This document shows positions 30,989-40,127 of a stretch of DNA of 64,000 bases, one piece after another; positions within the stretch are counted from its first letter, which is position 1, and each line of letters begins with the position of its first letter. A model generated the notes under the pieces. It saw only the letters and a program-made list of their open reading frames with translations. It had not been told where the DNA came from and did no database searches. A program made the position numbers and the translations under genes. The stretch is from an uncultured Candidatus Rokubacteria bacterium (lineage in GTDB: Bacteria; Methylomirabilota; Methylomirabilia; Rokubacteriales; CSP1-6): positions 64,001-128,000 of the forward strand of contig CAVWFS010000007.1 in assembly GCA_963754315.1 (NCBI GenBank). The letters are read 5' to 3'.

Positions 30989-31140
30989 GAAAAAAGCTGT
31001 CCACAGGATTTCCACCGTGCGCCGCCCAAACCCTTTTGTGCACTGCCCGTCTGCCCGCGCGCAGCTGGAGCGAACTCGCGTGATATTCTCCCAGCGAAAA
31101 GTCATGTGAGCGCACTCGTTTTTGAGGAGGGACTCCGCTG

Positions 31141-32508
31141 ATGACACCAACACTGAGGGTGGCCATCGTCCCCTTGGTCGTGGCCCTTGCCATCGTCGCC
31201 GGTTCGGTCGCGCCGACTGCGGTCTGGGCCCAGGCTACCCCCCCCATCCCGACCGGCCCGACCAAGGGCGACTTTCCCCGGCTGAACGGCAAGGTGGTCA
31301 GCCTCGAGGAGGCTGTGGCGATCGCCTTGGATGCGCAACCCCAGATCCAGGCGCGTCTGTACGACTACGCCGCGGTACGCTTTCGTGTCGATCAGGCCTT
31401 TGCCCCGCTCCTCCCGCAACTGTCGGCCGTCCTGTCCGGTCAGTACTCTTCTTCAACCGTGCTGACGACCTCGACGGGCGGAACCACGATCGCGGTCCAA
31501 TCCTCGCGGACCCTCGAGGACACGTTCCTGGGTCAGGTGTCGCTCTCGCAGCTGCTCTTCGATTTTGGCAAGACCGTCGCCTCCGTCGACGCCGCGCGCA
31601 AGCTGGCTGAGGTCTCTCGATTCGACATCGAGCTGCAGCGCCAGCTGGTCACCCTGGCCGTCAAGGAGGCGTATACCAACACGCTCTTCGCGCAACGACT
31701 CATCAAGGTCCAGCGGCAGGCGCTCGAGCGGGCCGATCTGAACCTCAGGTCGGTCCGTGGCTTCTTCGAGGTCGGGACCCGTCCTAAATCGGACGTCGTA
31801 CGCGCCGAGGTGGACGTGGCCAACGCCCGCGTGGACAACATCCGGGCCGACAACGCCGAGCGCGTGGCGCGCGTGGCCCTCAATACCTCCATGGGGGTCC
31901 CTGCCAACACCAAGTTCGAGCTTGTTGACAACTTGGTGTACCTCAAGGTGACCGATCCCGATCGCGACCTGATTGCCGAGGCCCTCACCCAGCGACCAGA
32001 GTACACGCAGGCCAAGCTCCGGATAGAGGGGGCGGAGAGCATCCTCAAACGGACCTTCCGCGACTTCTTCCCCGATGTGGTGGGCACGGGTTCCGTCGGC
32101 GGAGTGCGGAGCTCCTTCGATACGGCGTGGTCGGCGGGCATCGCGCTCAACTGGTCGATCTTCGATGGCGGTAACCGGCTGTCGCGCTACCGGGAGGCCA
32201 AAGCTGCCCTGGAGGCGAGCCAGTCGCGCCTCAAGGCCACCGAACTGGATATCGCCCGCGAGGTGGAACAGGCGCGCTCCACCGTCCTTGAGACGGATGA
32301 ACGCATCCTGGCCGCCCAGGCCGCGGTGGCTTCGGCTCAGGAGAACTTCCGGCTGGTGCAAGGACGATTCGACGCCGGCGTGGGAACTATCTTGGACCTG
32401 ACCGACGCTCAGCTGGCCTTGACGCAGGCCCAAAACGCCGAGGCCCAGGCCCTGGCCGATTTCCGTATCGCGCTGGCCCGCCTGGAGCGAGCGCTCGGGC
32501 GACGCTAG
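31141..32508 (+). CDS. TolC-family outer membrane efflux protein
   Basis: Signal peptide, LFDFGK and IFDGG repeats, RFDAGVGTILDLTDAQ. Confidence 0.93.
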   Translation: MTPTLRVAIVPLVVALAIVAGSVAPTAVWAQATPPIPTGPTKGDFPRLNGKVVSLEEAVAIALDAQPQIQARLYDYAAVRFRVDQAFAPLLPQLSAVLSGQYSSSTVLTTSTGGTTIAVQSSRTLEDTFLGQVSLSQLLFDFGKTVASVDAARKLAEVSRFDIELQRQLVTLAVKEAYTNTLFAQRLIKVQRQALERADLNLRSVRGFFEVGTRPKSDVVRAEVDVANARVDNIRADNAERVARVALNTSMGVPANTKFELVDNLVYLKVTDPDRDLIAEALTQRPEYTQAKLRIEGAESILKRTFRDFFPDVVGTGSVGGVRSSFDTAWSAGIALNWSIFDGGNRLSRYREAKAALEASQSRLKATELDIAREVEQARSTVLETDERILAAQAAVASAQENFRLVQGRFDAGVGTILDLTDAQLALTQAQNAEAQALADFRIALARLERALGRR

Positions 32509-32593
32509 GGCGCCGACGGCACGGGATACTGGCGCACGACCGCCCTCGGGGAAGCGCCGTAAATACTTGCTATGCTGAGAGCGTCGTAATCGC

Positions 32594-34267
32594 ATGGTGA
32601 AGCGTGCCGTCTCGCTCGTGGTCGTGGCTGCCCTGGTGGGCGGCGGCGTCTGGGCCTACCTCTACACCCAGAGCCGGGGAAACGCCCCGCGCTACCGGCT
32701 CGCCCCGGTTGAACGCGGCCCCCTCACGGCGAGCGTGTCCTCCAGCGGTAATCTCAACGCAGTGATCACGGTCCAGGTGGGCAGCCAGATCTCGGGGCAG
32801 ATCAAGGAATTGCTCGTCGACTTCAACTCGCTCGTGCGCCAGAACCAGGTGATCGCCCGGATCGATCCAGAGACGTACGAAGCAAAGGTCAGCCAGGCAC
32901 GGGCCGACCTGGAATCGAGCCGGGCGGCCGTCATCAACCAGCAGGCGCAGGTCGAGCGGGCGCGCGCCGACGTGGAGAACGCCAAGGCCGCGCTGCTCGA
33001 AGCCCAGGCGCAGACGGCGAAGGCGCGGGTGGCCGTGCTCGATGGCAAGCGCGATCACGATCGCAAGAGCGAGCTCTACCGGCGCGAGCTGATCGCCAAG
33101 AGCGAGATGGACACCTCCGAAGCCGCCTATCAGTCGGCCGTCGCCCAGGTCGAGTCGACCCGCGCGAAGGAGCAGGCACTGGCCGCGGCCATTCGGTCGT
33201 CCGAGGCGCAGGCGAAGGTGGTGGACGCCATGCTCGACGCGGCCCGATCCCAGGTGAAGCAAAAGGAGGCCGCGCTCCGACAGGCCCAGGTCGATCTCGA
33301 GCACACCACGATCCGGGCGCCGGTGGACGGCGTGGTCGTGTCACGCGCGGTCGACGTCGGCCAAACCGTGGCGGCCAGCCTGCAGGCCCCTGTGCTCTTC
33401 ACGATCGCGCAGGACCTTACCAAGATGCAGGTGGAGACGAGCGTCGATGAGGCGGACATCGGGCGCATCAGGGTCGAAGACCGTGCCACCTTCACCGTGG
33501 ACGCGTTTCCCGGGGAGAACTTCGAGGGTAGCGTCACCCAAATCCGGAAGGCGCCTCTCATAGTTCAGAACGTCGTGACCTACACGGTCATCGTGGGCGT
33601 GAACAACCAGGGTGGCCGGCTACTGCCCGGCATGACCGCCAACGTGAAACTCGTGGTGGCCGAGAAGCCGAGCGTGCTGAAGGTTCCCAACGCCGCTCTG
33701 CGCTTTCGGCCTGCGGGGGACACGGCTGGTGCACCAACCCAGGGCTCCCGTGGACCTCAGGCTGGCGGCGGGACTTCAGAAGGGAGCGGTCAGGGAGGCC
33801 GGCCGTCACTGGAACGCATCCGGGAGCGCCTGGTGCAGAGTCTCAAGCTCACCGAGCAGCAACAGAAAAAGCTCGATCCGATCCTGGAAGACAGCCGCAC
33901 TCAGATGCGAGCCCTGGCCGGCATGCCAGAAGGGGAACGTCAAGCGCAGGCCCAGAAGATCCGCGAGGCGACGCGAGTGCGCATCCGCGCTATCCTCACC
34001 CCCGAACAACAGGCCAAATACGATCAGGAGGTCGGGGCGCGAGGCCGCAGCACCACCGGCCCCGGGCGGGTCTGGGTCGTGGGTGCCGACGGAAACCCAG
34101 TGGTGGTCTCTCTCACCGTGGGGCTCACCGATGGGAGCATGACCGAGGTCGTCCAGGGTGACCTCAAGGACGGTCAGGAGGTCATCGTGGGACTCGCGGG
34201 CGCGAGCGGCGGCACCGGCCGGCCAGGGGCACCCGGCGGTGCCACCGGCCCCCGACTACGCCTGTGA
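32594..34267 (+). CDS. MacA-like periplasmic adaptor with LTxxQ-domain insertion
   Basis: VGSQISGQI, long coiled coil, [29 protein letters not shown]. Confidence 0.92.
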   Translation: MVKRAVSLVVVAALVGGGVWAYLYTQSRGNAPRYRLAPVERGPLTASVSSSGNLNAVITVQVGSQISGQIKELLVDFNSLVRQNQVIARIDPETYEAKVSQARADLESSRAAVINQQAQVERARADVENAKAALLEAQAQTAKARVAVLDGKRDHDRKSELYRRELIAKSEMDTSEAAYQSAVAQVESTRAKEQALAAAIRSSEAQAKVVDAMLDAARSQVKQKEAALRQAQVDLEHTTIRAPVDGVVVSRAVDVGQTVAASLQAPVLFTIAQDLTKMQVETSVDEADIGRIRVEDRATFTVDAFPGENFEGSVTQIRKAPLIVQNVVTYTVIVGVNNQGGRLLPGMTANVKLVVAEKPSVLKVPNAALRFRPAGDTAGAPTQGSRGPQAGGGTSEGSGQGGRPSLERIRERLVQSLKLTEQQQKKLDPILEDSRTQMRALAGMPEGERQAQAQKIREATRVRIRAILTPEQQAKYDQEVGARGRSTTGPGRVWVVGADGNPVVVSLTVGLTDGSMTEVVQGDLKDGQEVIVGLAGASGGTGRPGAPGGATGPRLRL

Positions 34268-35025
34268 TCCTGACGGAGGGTCTCACCAAGGACTATCGAC
34301 TGGGACCGCATACGGTCCACGCCCTGCGAGGCGTGTCGGTCGCCATCGCGCCCGGTGAGTTTGTGGCGGTCATGGGCCCCTCCGGCTCCGGGAAGTCCAC
34401 CTTCATGAACCTGCTGGGATGTCTGGACACCCCGACCGCCGGCCGTTACGTCCTCGATGGCGCCGACATTGCCCGACTGCCCCGCGATGAGCTTGCGCGC
34501 ATCCGCAATGCCAAGATCGGGTTCGTCTTCCAGCAGTTCAACCTGCTCGCGCGGACGAGCGCGCTCGAAAACGTCGAGCTCCCCCTCTATTATTCGACTC
34601 GTCCCGCCGGCGAGCGTCAGGCGCGCGCGCGGGAACAGCTGGCTGAGGTCGGGCTGGCCGATCGCGCCGCGCACCAGCCGAGCCAGCTCTCGGGCGGCCA
34701 GCAGCAGCGGGTGGCCATCGCACGGGCCCTGGTGAACAGCCCGAGTGTGATGCTGGCCGACGAGCCGACCGGCAACCTGGATACGCGGACGAGTGTCGAG
34801 ATCCTCGCCCTTCTCCAGCGGCTCAACCGGGAGGGACTGACCATCGTGCTGGTCACCCATGAGCCAGACATCGCCGCCTACGCCAGCCGTGTGTTGACCT
34901 TCCGTGATGGTCGTCTGTTGAGCGATGTGCGGGTGCCCGCACCGAGGGACGCCGTCACCACCCTGGAGACCCTCACCGAGACTCGCGACGAAGAGACGGT
35001 CGAGCCGGTGGAGGCCGTTGCATGA
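34264..35025 (+). CDS. MacB/LolD-type ABC ATPase
   Basis: [32 protein letters not shown]. Confidence 0.95.
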   Translation: MILTEGLTKDYRLGPHTVHALRGVSVAIAPGEFVAVMGPSGSGKSTFMNLLGCLDTPTAGRYVLDGADIARLPRDELARIRNAKIGFVFQQFNLLARTSALENVELPLYYSTRPAGERQARAREQLAEVGLADRAAHQPSQLSGGQQQRVAIARALVNSPSVMLADEPTGNLDTRTSVEILALLQRLNREGLTIVLVTHEPDIAAYASRVLTFRDGRLLSDVRVPAPRDAVTTLETLTETRDEETVEPVEAVA

Positions 35026-36254
35026 ACATCGTCCCCAGCATGCGGATCGCGGTTCGGGCCCTGCGCGTGAACAAGCTGCGGAGCGCGCTGACGATGCTGG
35101 GCATCATCATCGGTGTGGGCGCGGTGATCGCGATGGTGGCCGTGGGTGCCGGCGCGCAGGCGCGCGTGGCCGAGCAGATCCAGAGCCTGGGGTCGAACCT
35201 GATCATCGTCCTCTCCGGAAGCGTGACCTCGAGCGGCATCCGCCTCGGGCAAGGGAGTCAGCTCACCATCAGCGAAGATGACGCGACGGCCATCGAGCGC
35301 GAGATTCCTCTCGTGCAGGTCGCGGCACCGTCCGTGCGGGGCACGGCGCAGCTCGTGTACGGGAACCTGAACTGGTCCACGGTCGTCCAGGGCGTGACTC
35401 CTCAGTACCTGGAGGCTCGCGATTGGCCCCTCGGAACCGGCCGCCCCTTCTTCGGAGAAGAGGTGGCGGGGGCTAGCAAGGTTGCGCTCATCGGTCAGAC
35501 GACTGCCCTGAATCTGTTCGGAGACTCCGATCCGCTCGGGCAAATCATCCGAATCAAGAAGGTCCCGTTCACGATCGTGGGCACCTTGACCCGCAAGGGA
35601 CAGAACTCCTGGGGACAGGATCAGGACGACGTGGTCCTGATCCCGCTCTCGACCGCCAAGAAGAAGGTGCTCGGCACCAGCCGCTCGCACCCGCGTTCGG
35701 TCGGCGCGATCTCCGTCAAGGTGCGGGCGGGGGAAGACATGGCAGAGGCCGAAACCCAGACGCGCGCGTTGCTGCGGCAGCGCCACCGCTTGCAGCCGTA
35801 TCAGGACGACGATTTCTGGCTGCGCAACCTCTCCGAGGTGCTCCAGACGCAGGAGGAATCGTCGAAGGTCATGACCTATCTGCTGGCGGCCATCGCCTCC
35901 GTCTCTCTCCTGGTCGGCGGCATCGGCATCATGAACATCATGCTGGTGTCGGTGACGGAGCGGACGCGCGAAATCGGTCTCCGCATGGCCGTGGGGGCCC
36001 GCGGGCGCGACATCCTCGCCCAGTTCCTCATCGAGGCGGTGACCCTCTCGCTGATCGGCGGCATCATCGGGATCGCCTTCGGCCTCGGCGGCTCACGGGC
36101 CATCAGCTACTTCGCGGAGTGGCGGACCCTGGTCGCCCCCCAGTCCATCGCGCTCGCCTTCGGGTTCTCGGCGGCGGTGGGGGTATTCTTTGGCTACTAT
36201 CCCGCGCGCAAGGCCGCCCGCCTCGATCCCATCGAGGCGCTTCGCTTCGAGTAA
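35022..36254 (+). CDS. MacB-type ABC permease
   Basis: [42 protein letters not shown]. Confidence 0.95.
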   Translation: MNIVPSMRIAVRALRVNKLRSALTMLGIIIGVGAVIAMVAVGAGAQARVAEQIQSLGSNLIIVLSGSVTSSGIRLGQGSQLTISEDDATAIEREIPLVQVAAPSVRGTAQLVYGNLNWSTVVQGVTPQYLEARDWPLGTGRPFFGEEVAGASKVALIGQTTALNLFGDSDPLGQIIRIKKVPFTIVGTLTRKGQNSWGQDQDDVVLIPLSTAKKKVLGTSRSHPRSVGAISVKVRAGEDMAEAETQTRALLRQRHRLQPYQDDDFWLRNLSEVLQTQEESSKVMTYLLAAIASVSLLVGGIGIMNIMLVSVTERTREIGLRMAVGARGRDILAQFLIEAVTLSLIGGIIGIAFGLGGSRAISYFAEWRTLVAPQSIALAFGFSAAVGVFFGYYPARKAARLDPIEALRFE

Positions 36255-36260
36255 AGGGGC

Positions 36261-37001
36261 GTGAAGGGGAAGCTGGGCCGGCGGAGCAAGCCCCGAACGC
36301 CAGCCAAGCCTCCCAAGCGCAAGGCACCGGGCTCGCGCGCCAAGCTGCGCGCGGTGGCGAAAGTGCGGAAGCGCGCCAAGCCGCGCGCGGTGACGAAAGT
36401 GCGGAAGCCCGCCAAGCCGCGCGCGGTGGCGAAAGTGCGGAAGCGCGCCAAACCGCGCCCAGTGGCGAAAGTGCGGAAGCCCGCCAAACCGCGCCCAGTG
36501 ACGAAAGCGCGGAAGCCCGCGAAGTCTCGCCCCCAGCAGGCCGCCCGCGCCCCTGCCTGGCGTCAGTCATCTCCCGCCGCAATGCGTCCGGCTCTCACTG
36601 CCGAGAACGACCTCTTGGACCTGGCGCGCTCGTTGGCGGACGCGGCCAGGGCCCACGCTTCTGACGGCAAAGCGATGGAGGTCGCGTTGCTGCGATTGGA
36701 GGCTGCGTTTGCAGGTGGCGGCGCCTTACCGCGCCGGTACTTCCGGAGCTGGCTCCGCACGTGGAGCGACAAGACGGCGACTCTGGCCCTGGCCTGGGCC
36801 CGAGAACAGGTGCGTCGGGGCGTCGGTGAGGTCCTCGAGCGTGAGCGGAGTCAGGGGCGCGTGCGCAGTGACGTTTCACCCGAGACCTTGTCCTGGCTGG
36901 TCCTGGCGGCGAGCGAGGCGATGGCTCATGAGCCGCTCGGGGCATCCCGCGACCGGATTGCCATGCTGCTCGAGTTCCTGCGCCCCCCGGGCGGATCATG
37001 A
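36261..37001 (+). CDS. Protein with histone-H1-like K/R/A/P repeat N-terminus and TetR-C-like domain
   Basis: AKPRAVAKVRK[RP] x5, C-terminal ...SQGRVRSDVSPETLSWLVLA, ATGA overlap with nth. Confidence 0.75.
   Translation: MKGKLGRRSKPRTPAKPPKRKAPGSRAKLRAVAKVRKRAKPRAVTKVRKPAKPRAVAKVRKRAKPRPVAKVRKPAKPRPVTKARKPAKSRPQQAARAPAWRQSSPAAMRPALTAENDLLDLARSLADAARAHASDGKAMEVALLRLEAAFAGGGALPRRYFRSWLRTWSDKTATLALAWAREQVRRGVGEVLERERSQGRVRSDVSPETLSWLVLAASEAMAHEPLGASRDRIAMLLEFLRPPGGS
36339..36518 (+). repeat. Coding tandem repeat, 5 x 36 bp
   Basis: Unit GCCAAGCCGCGCGCGGTGGCGAAAGTGCGGAAGCGC with few substitutions, head-to-tail. Confidence 0.95.
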
Positions 37002-37720
37002 GGCGAGTGCGTCCCGAGGCTGTCCCCGGCCGGCGGCGTGGTCTGCACCGGGATCGCAGGGCGCCACGCCCCATCCCCATTGCCACCATGATCCGTCGAT
37101 TGCAGCGAACGGCACCGCGCTGGAATCCCACTGCCCTCGCGGTGGTGGCCACCCAGACGCGCGATCCGTTCCGCGTGCTGATCGCCTGTATTCTGTCCCT
37201 GCGCACGCAGGACACCACAACCGGACCCGCTGCCGAGCGGCTCTTCACCCTGGCCGATTCGCCGGCGGCGATGCTGAGGCTCACACCGATCCAGATCCAA
37301 CGGGCGATCTACCCGGTGGGCTTCTACCGCACGAAAGCACGCGTCATCCTCGGGCTATGCCGCGACGTGCTGGAACGCTTCGAAGGACGGGTGCCCGCCG
37401 ACCTCGATGCGCTCCTCACGTTGAAGGGGGTTGGCCGCAAGACGGCCAATCTGGTGGTGACCATGGGCTATGGCCTGCCCGGAATCTGCGTGGACACCCA
37501 TGTCCATCGGATCTCTAACCGGTGGGGTTACGTGAAGACGCGGACGCCCGAGCAGACCGAGCTCGCGCTACGGGCGAAACTACCGCCGCGTTTCTGGATT
37601 GGCTACAACGATCTCCTTGTTTCGTTCGGACAGAACATCTGCGGACCGCTGTCGCCCCGCTGCTCCGACTGCCCGGTGGCCACCCTGTGCCCGCGGGTGG
37701 GCGTCACCCGCTCGCGCTGA
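36998..37720 (+). CDS. nth: Endonuclease III
   Basis: LKGVGRKTAN HhH, VDTHVHRI, C-x6-C-x2-C-x5-C. Confidence 0.95.
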   Translation: MRRVRPEAVPGRRRGLHRDRRAPRPIPIATMIRRLQRTAPRWNPTALAVVATQTRDPFRVLIACILSLRTQDTTTGPAAERLFTLADSPAAMLRLTPIQIQRAIYPVGFYRTKARVILGLCRDVLERFEGRVPADLDALLTLKGVGRKTANLVVTMGYGLPGICVDTHVHRISNRWGYVKTRTPEQTELALRAKLPPRFWIGYNDLLVSFGQNICGPLSPRCSDCPVATLCPRVGVTRSR

Positions 37721-37755
37721 GCGGGTGAAGGAGTTCAGGAGTCTACGCTCCGGAT

Positions 37756-38223
37756 TCATTCCGGTGAGCTGACCGGCCCCAGCAGCTCCGCGATCCGTCG
37801 CGTCCGATACGCCCAGGCAGCTCTCATCAGCTGGCGTGCCACGAGGAGATGAACCGCGCGTCCCACGAGTCCCCCGGGGAGGCGATACACCAGCCGATCT
37901 TCCACGAGGGTGGTCGCGGCGCCGATGGCCAGAAAGCGACGGCGATGCTCCCAGCGTGCGAAGGGGCCCCGCACCTGCGCCTCGAGGAAACGAAAGGGCG
38001 GGTCACACTCACGCACGAACCCGCGCATGCGCAGCGGGACTCCCAGACAGCGTAGGCCGTAATCGAGGACGGCTCCCGCCTGCCGCGTCTGCCGGCCGAG
38101 CACACGCACCTGCAGCCAAGGCGGGCTTAGATGGATTGCGTGGCGGGGGTCGGCGAGGAAGGCGAACACAACGGGACGGGGACGGCCGATCACGAGGCGG
38201 TGCTCGATGATGTGATCGACCAT
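37756..38223 (-). CDS. SRPBCC-family protein
   Basis: VFAFLADP..LSPPWL, QVRGPFARWEH, EDRLVYRLP. Confidence 0.8.
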   Translation of the reverse strand: MVDHIIEHRLVIGRPRPVVFAFLADPRHAIHLSPPWLQVRVLGRQTRQAGAVLDYGLRCLGVPLRMRGFVRECDPPFRFLEAQVRGPFARWEHRRRFLAIGAATTLVEDRLVYRLPGGLVGRAVHLLVARQLMRAAWAYRTRRIAELLGPVSSPE

Positions 38224-38274
38224 CAGAGGTGATCGGCCCGCGCCCAGCCCCGCCGGCCCGGAGCGCACTCCCCG

Positions 38275-38742
38275 TCAGACGAGCTTGCGCACCTCAGCGA
38301 GGATCCGATCGGGGTCGGGCAGCTCACCCCGACCGTACCTCTCGACGAAGCGAATGATCCCCGCCGCATCAACGACGAAGGTGGCCCGGGTGTTGGCGTT
38401 CCAGTCCGGCCAGTGGACGCCGTAGTCCTTGACGACGCTTCGCTGCATGTCCGAGAGGAGCGGGTAATGGGAAATGTCCACCGCCTTTGCCCAGTTCTCG
38501 TGGCTGAACGGACTGTCTGTACTGATACCCAACACTTGGGTATTGACCGCCTCGAAGTCGCCGGCGCGCTTGTCGAAGGCGGGCATGCACGTGCTTCAGC
38601 CGGGTGTCCAGTCGAGCGGATAGAAGAGGATCACCACGTTCTTGCCCCGCAGAGCGTGGAGGCTCACCTCCTGCAGGCCGATTCCCTTGAGCGTGAAGTC
38701 AGGCGCTGGATCTCCGACTCTGAGCGTGTGTTCGTTGCTCAC
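38275..38742 (-). CDS. Selenocysteine-containing peroxiredoxin (AhpC/TSA family), U49
   Basis: GTG 38742 reads (M)SNEHTLRVGDPAPDFTL...FYPLDWTPG-TGA-STCMPAF. TGA at 38596-38598 sits in the PxxxTxxC site, and the frame continues to ISTDS and RATFVVD. Confidence 0.9.
38547..38582 (-). promoter_or_regulatory. Putative bacterial SECIS hairpin
   Basis: CCGCCU(U)CGA...UCGAGGCGG stem with apical CGC-GCCG-GCG, loop G 31 nt after UGA (paired by eye). Confidence 0.55.
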
Positions 38743-39665
38743 GCGTGCCGCCCTCCCCTGGCATACGCTGATGGTCGTACAGGCCGCGCCGACACCGCGG
38801 GCCGGGCCCTGACGGGCGGCTTACGCACGGCGGCCCACAGCTGGGCGCGACGCGACTCGAGCGAATTGTCCGCCATTCCGAGGTAGCGAGCGGCGGTGAG
38901 CACCCTGCCCGTCTCCCAGAGCCTGGCGAAGCGCGCCGCGGCGCGGGCGTCGCGCAGCGCGTGGTGGTCCATGATCACGCGGCAGCCCGTCATGTCAAGC
39001 ACGCGCAGGAGATTGTCGATGCCACGGTCGATGGCGCCGGCGCCCAGCTCGCGCTCGATGTACGAGGGCGGTCCCGAAAGATACAGCAGGGTCGGCCTCT
39101 CCCGCAGAAGATAGGCGGTCGCGACTGGCGAAAGCGGACCCTGCACGTCCGAGGCGAACACGAAGCGTTCGCGCTCTGCAGGATCCTCCACCGTGAGGGC
39201 GACCACGTAGCCGAGGGAGGTGCCCTCCAGGCCGTGGGCGAGTGGTGGGGAGACGCGCAGAATCATCCCGGCCTCTCGAAGCGTGAACCCGTCGGCCGCT
39301 TGCACCCGGGCGACCGGAGCCAGCGCCGTCCACAGTTCACCCGCGCGACGCGCCTGCTGGCCGCCCACCATGCGCCGAGGGTTCTTGGCGATGACGAGGC
39401 GCCCAACGTAGGTGGCCGGGTCCGATCGGAAATGATCCGCGTGGTAGTGACTCACGAAGACGATCTGGGCGCGGGCGGCGTAGGCGGAGATTCGGTCGTT
39501 GGCGCGGCGCAGCGCCTCCCACTCCTCGTCCGCGGGCGGCAAGCTGGACCGTGAGGGTGCCAAGGTGGCGCCGGGGTCGATGAGGAGTCCGGTCCCGCCA
39601 CATTCGACATAGGTGGCCATGGAGCGGACCCCCAGTGATTCAGCGGCGAGCGGCAGGACGTTCAT
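38739..39665 (-). CDS. Metallo-beta-lactamase-fold hydrolase (UPF0282-like)
   Basis: PLAAESLGVRSMATYV, IDPG, SHYHADH, FASDVQGP, DHHALRD. Confidence 0.85.
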   Translation of the reverse strand: MNVLPLAAESLGVRSMATYVECGGTGLLIDPGATLAPSRSSLPPADEEWEALRRANDRISAYAARAQIVFVSHYHADHFRSDPATYVGRLVIAKNPRRMVGGQQARRAGELWTALAPVARVQAADGFTLREAGMILRVSPPLAHGLEGTSLGYVVALTVEDPAERERFVFASDVQGPLSPVATAYLLRERPTLLYLSGPPSYIERELGAGAIDRGIDNLLRVLDMTGCRVIMDHHALRDARAAARFARLWETGRVLTAARYLGMADNSLESRRAQLWAAVRKPPVRARPAVSARPVRPSAYARGGRHA

Positions 39666-39681
39666 GGGTCTCGAGCTCCGG

Positions 39682-39789
39682 TCAGATGCAGCGGCCGCCG
39701 TCGACCTCGACGCCCGAGCCCATGATCATGGCATCGCCGATGCCGGAAGCATCTCCGCTGACAATAGCGGCGCGCTCGGCCAGCTTCAT
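39682..39789 (-). pseudogene. Internally deleted short-chain dehydrogenase remnant (35 aa)
   Basis: MKLAERAAIVSGDASGIG (Rossmann start) joined to GSGVEVDGGRCI* (SDR end), intact GGAGGAG RBS and ATGA overlap. Confidence 0.8.
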
Positions 39790-40127
39790 CGACTCCTCCC
39801 GATCGCGGTGTCTGCTCCGGACCGCCAGCGATAATGGCGTAGCGGGACGCGCCCCGCGCGCAGGGTCACCCCTTCCTGCTCGAGGCGGATGCGTTGCGTC
39901 ACCATCCCGCTCAGCGGGGCGCGCACGCTGATGGCACCCTGTGCGTTCACCACCCGATGCCACGGAACATCGGGCGGACACACGCGCATGGCGTGGCCGA
40001 CCATGCGCGCCGCCCGGGGCCATCCAAGCCGCGCGGCGATTTCACCGTAGGTCAGCACCCGCCCCCGCGGAATGCGGCGGACGAGCCGATAGACGGCGGC
40101 CATGAAACGCTGTCCGGTCTCAGGCAC
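39786..40127 (-). CDS. Alkyltransferase-like protein (ATL/YbaZ, MGMT family)
   Basis: IPRGRVLTYGEIA, ARMVG, PWHRVVN with Trp in place of the catalytic Cys. Confidence 0.9.
   Translation of the reverse strand: MPETGQRFMAAVYRLVRRIPRGRVLTYGEIAARLGWPRAARMVGHAMRVCPPDVPWHRVVNAQGAISVRAPLSGMVTQRIRLEQEGVTLRAGRVPLRHYRWRSGADTAIGRSR

Noticed and set aside
30830..31140. Cobalamin riboswitch upstream of nrdJ
   Set aside because: No B12-box elements seen. The region is explained by promoters and the NrdR box.
36339..36518. 36-bp repeats as a CRISPR array
   Set aside because: Head-to-tail with no spacers, in-frame coding, and no cas genes
38275..38586. 103-aa stand-alone redoxin, or a nonsense pseudogene
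   Set aside because: It would lack the active site. The upstream frame is intact and TGA sits exactly on the catalytic residue, so Sec readthrough fits better.
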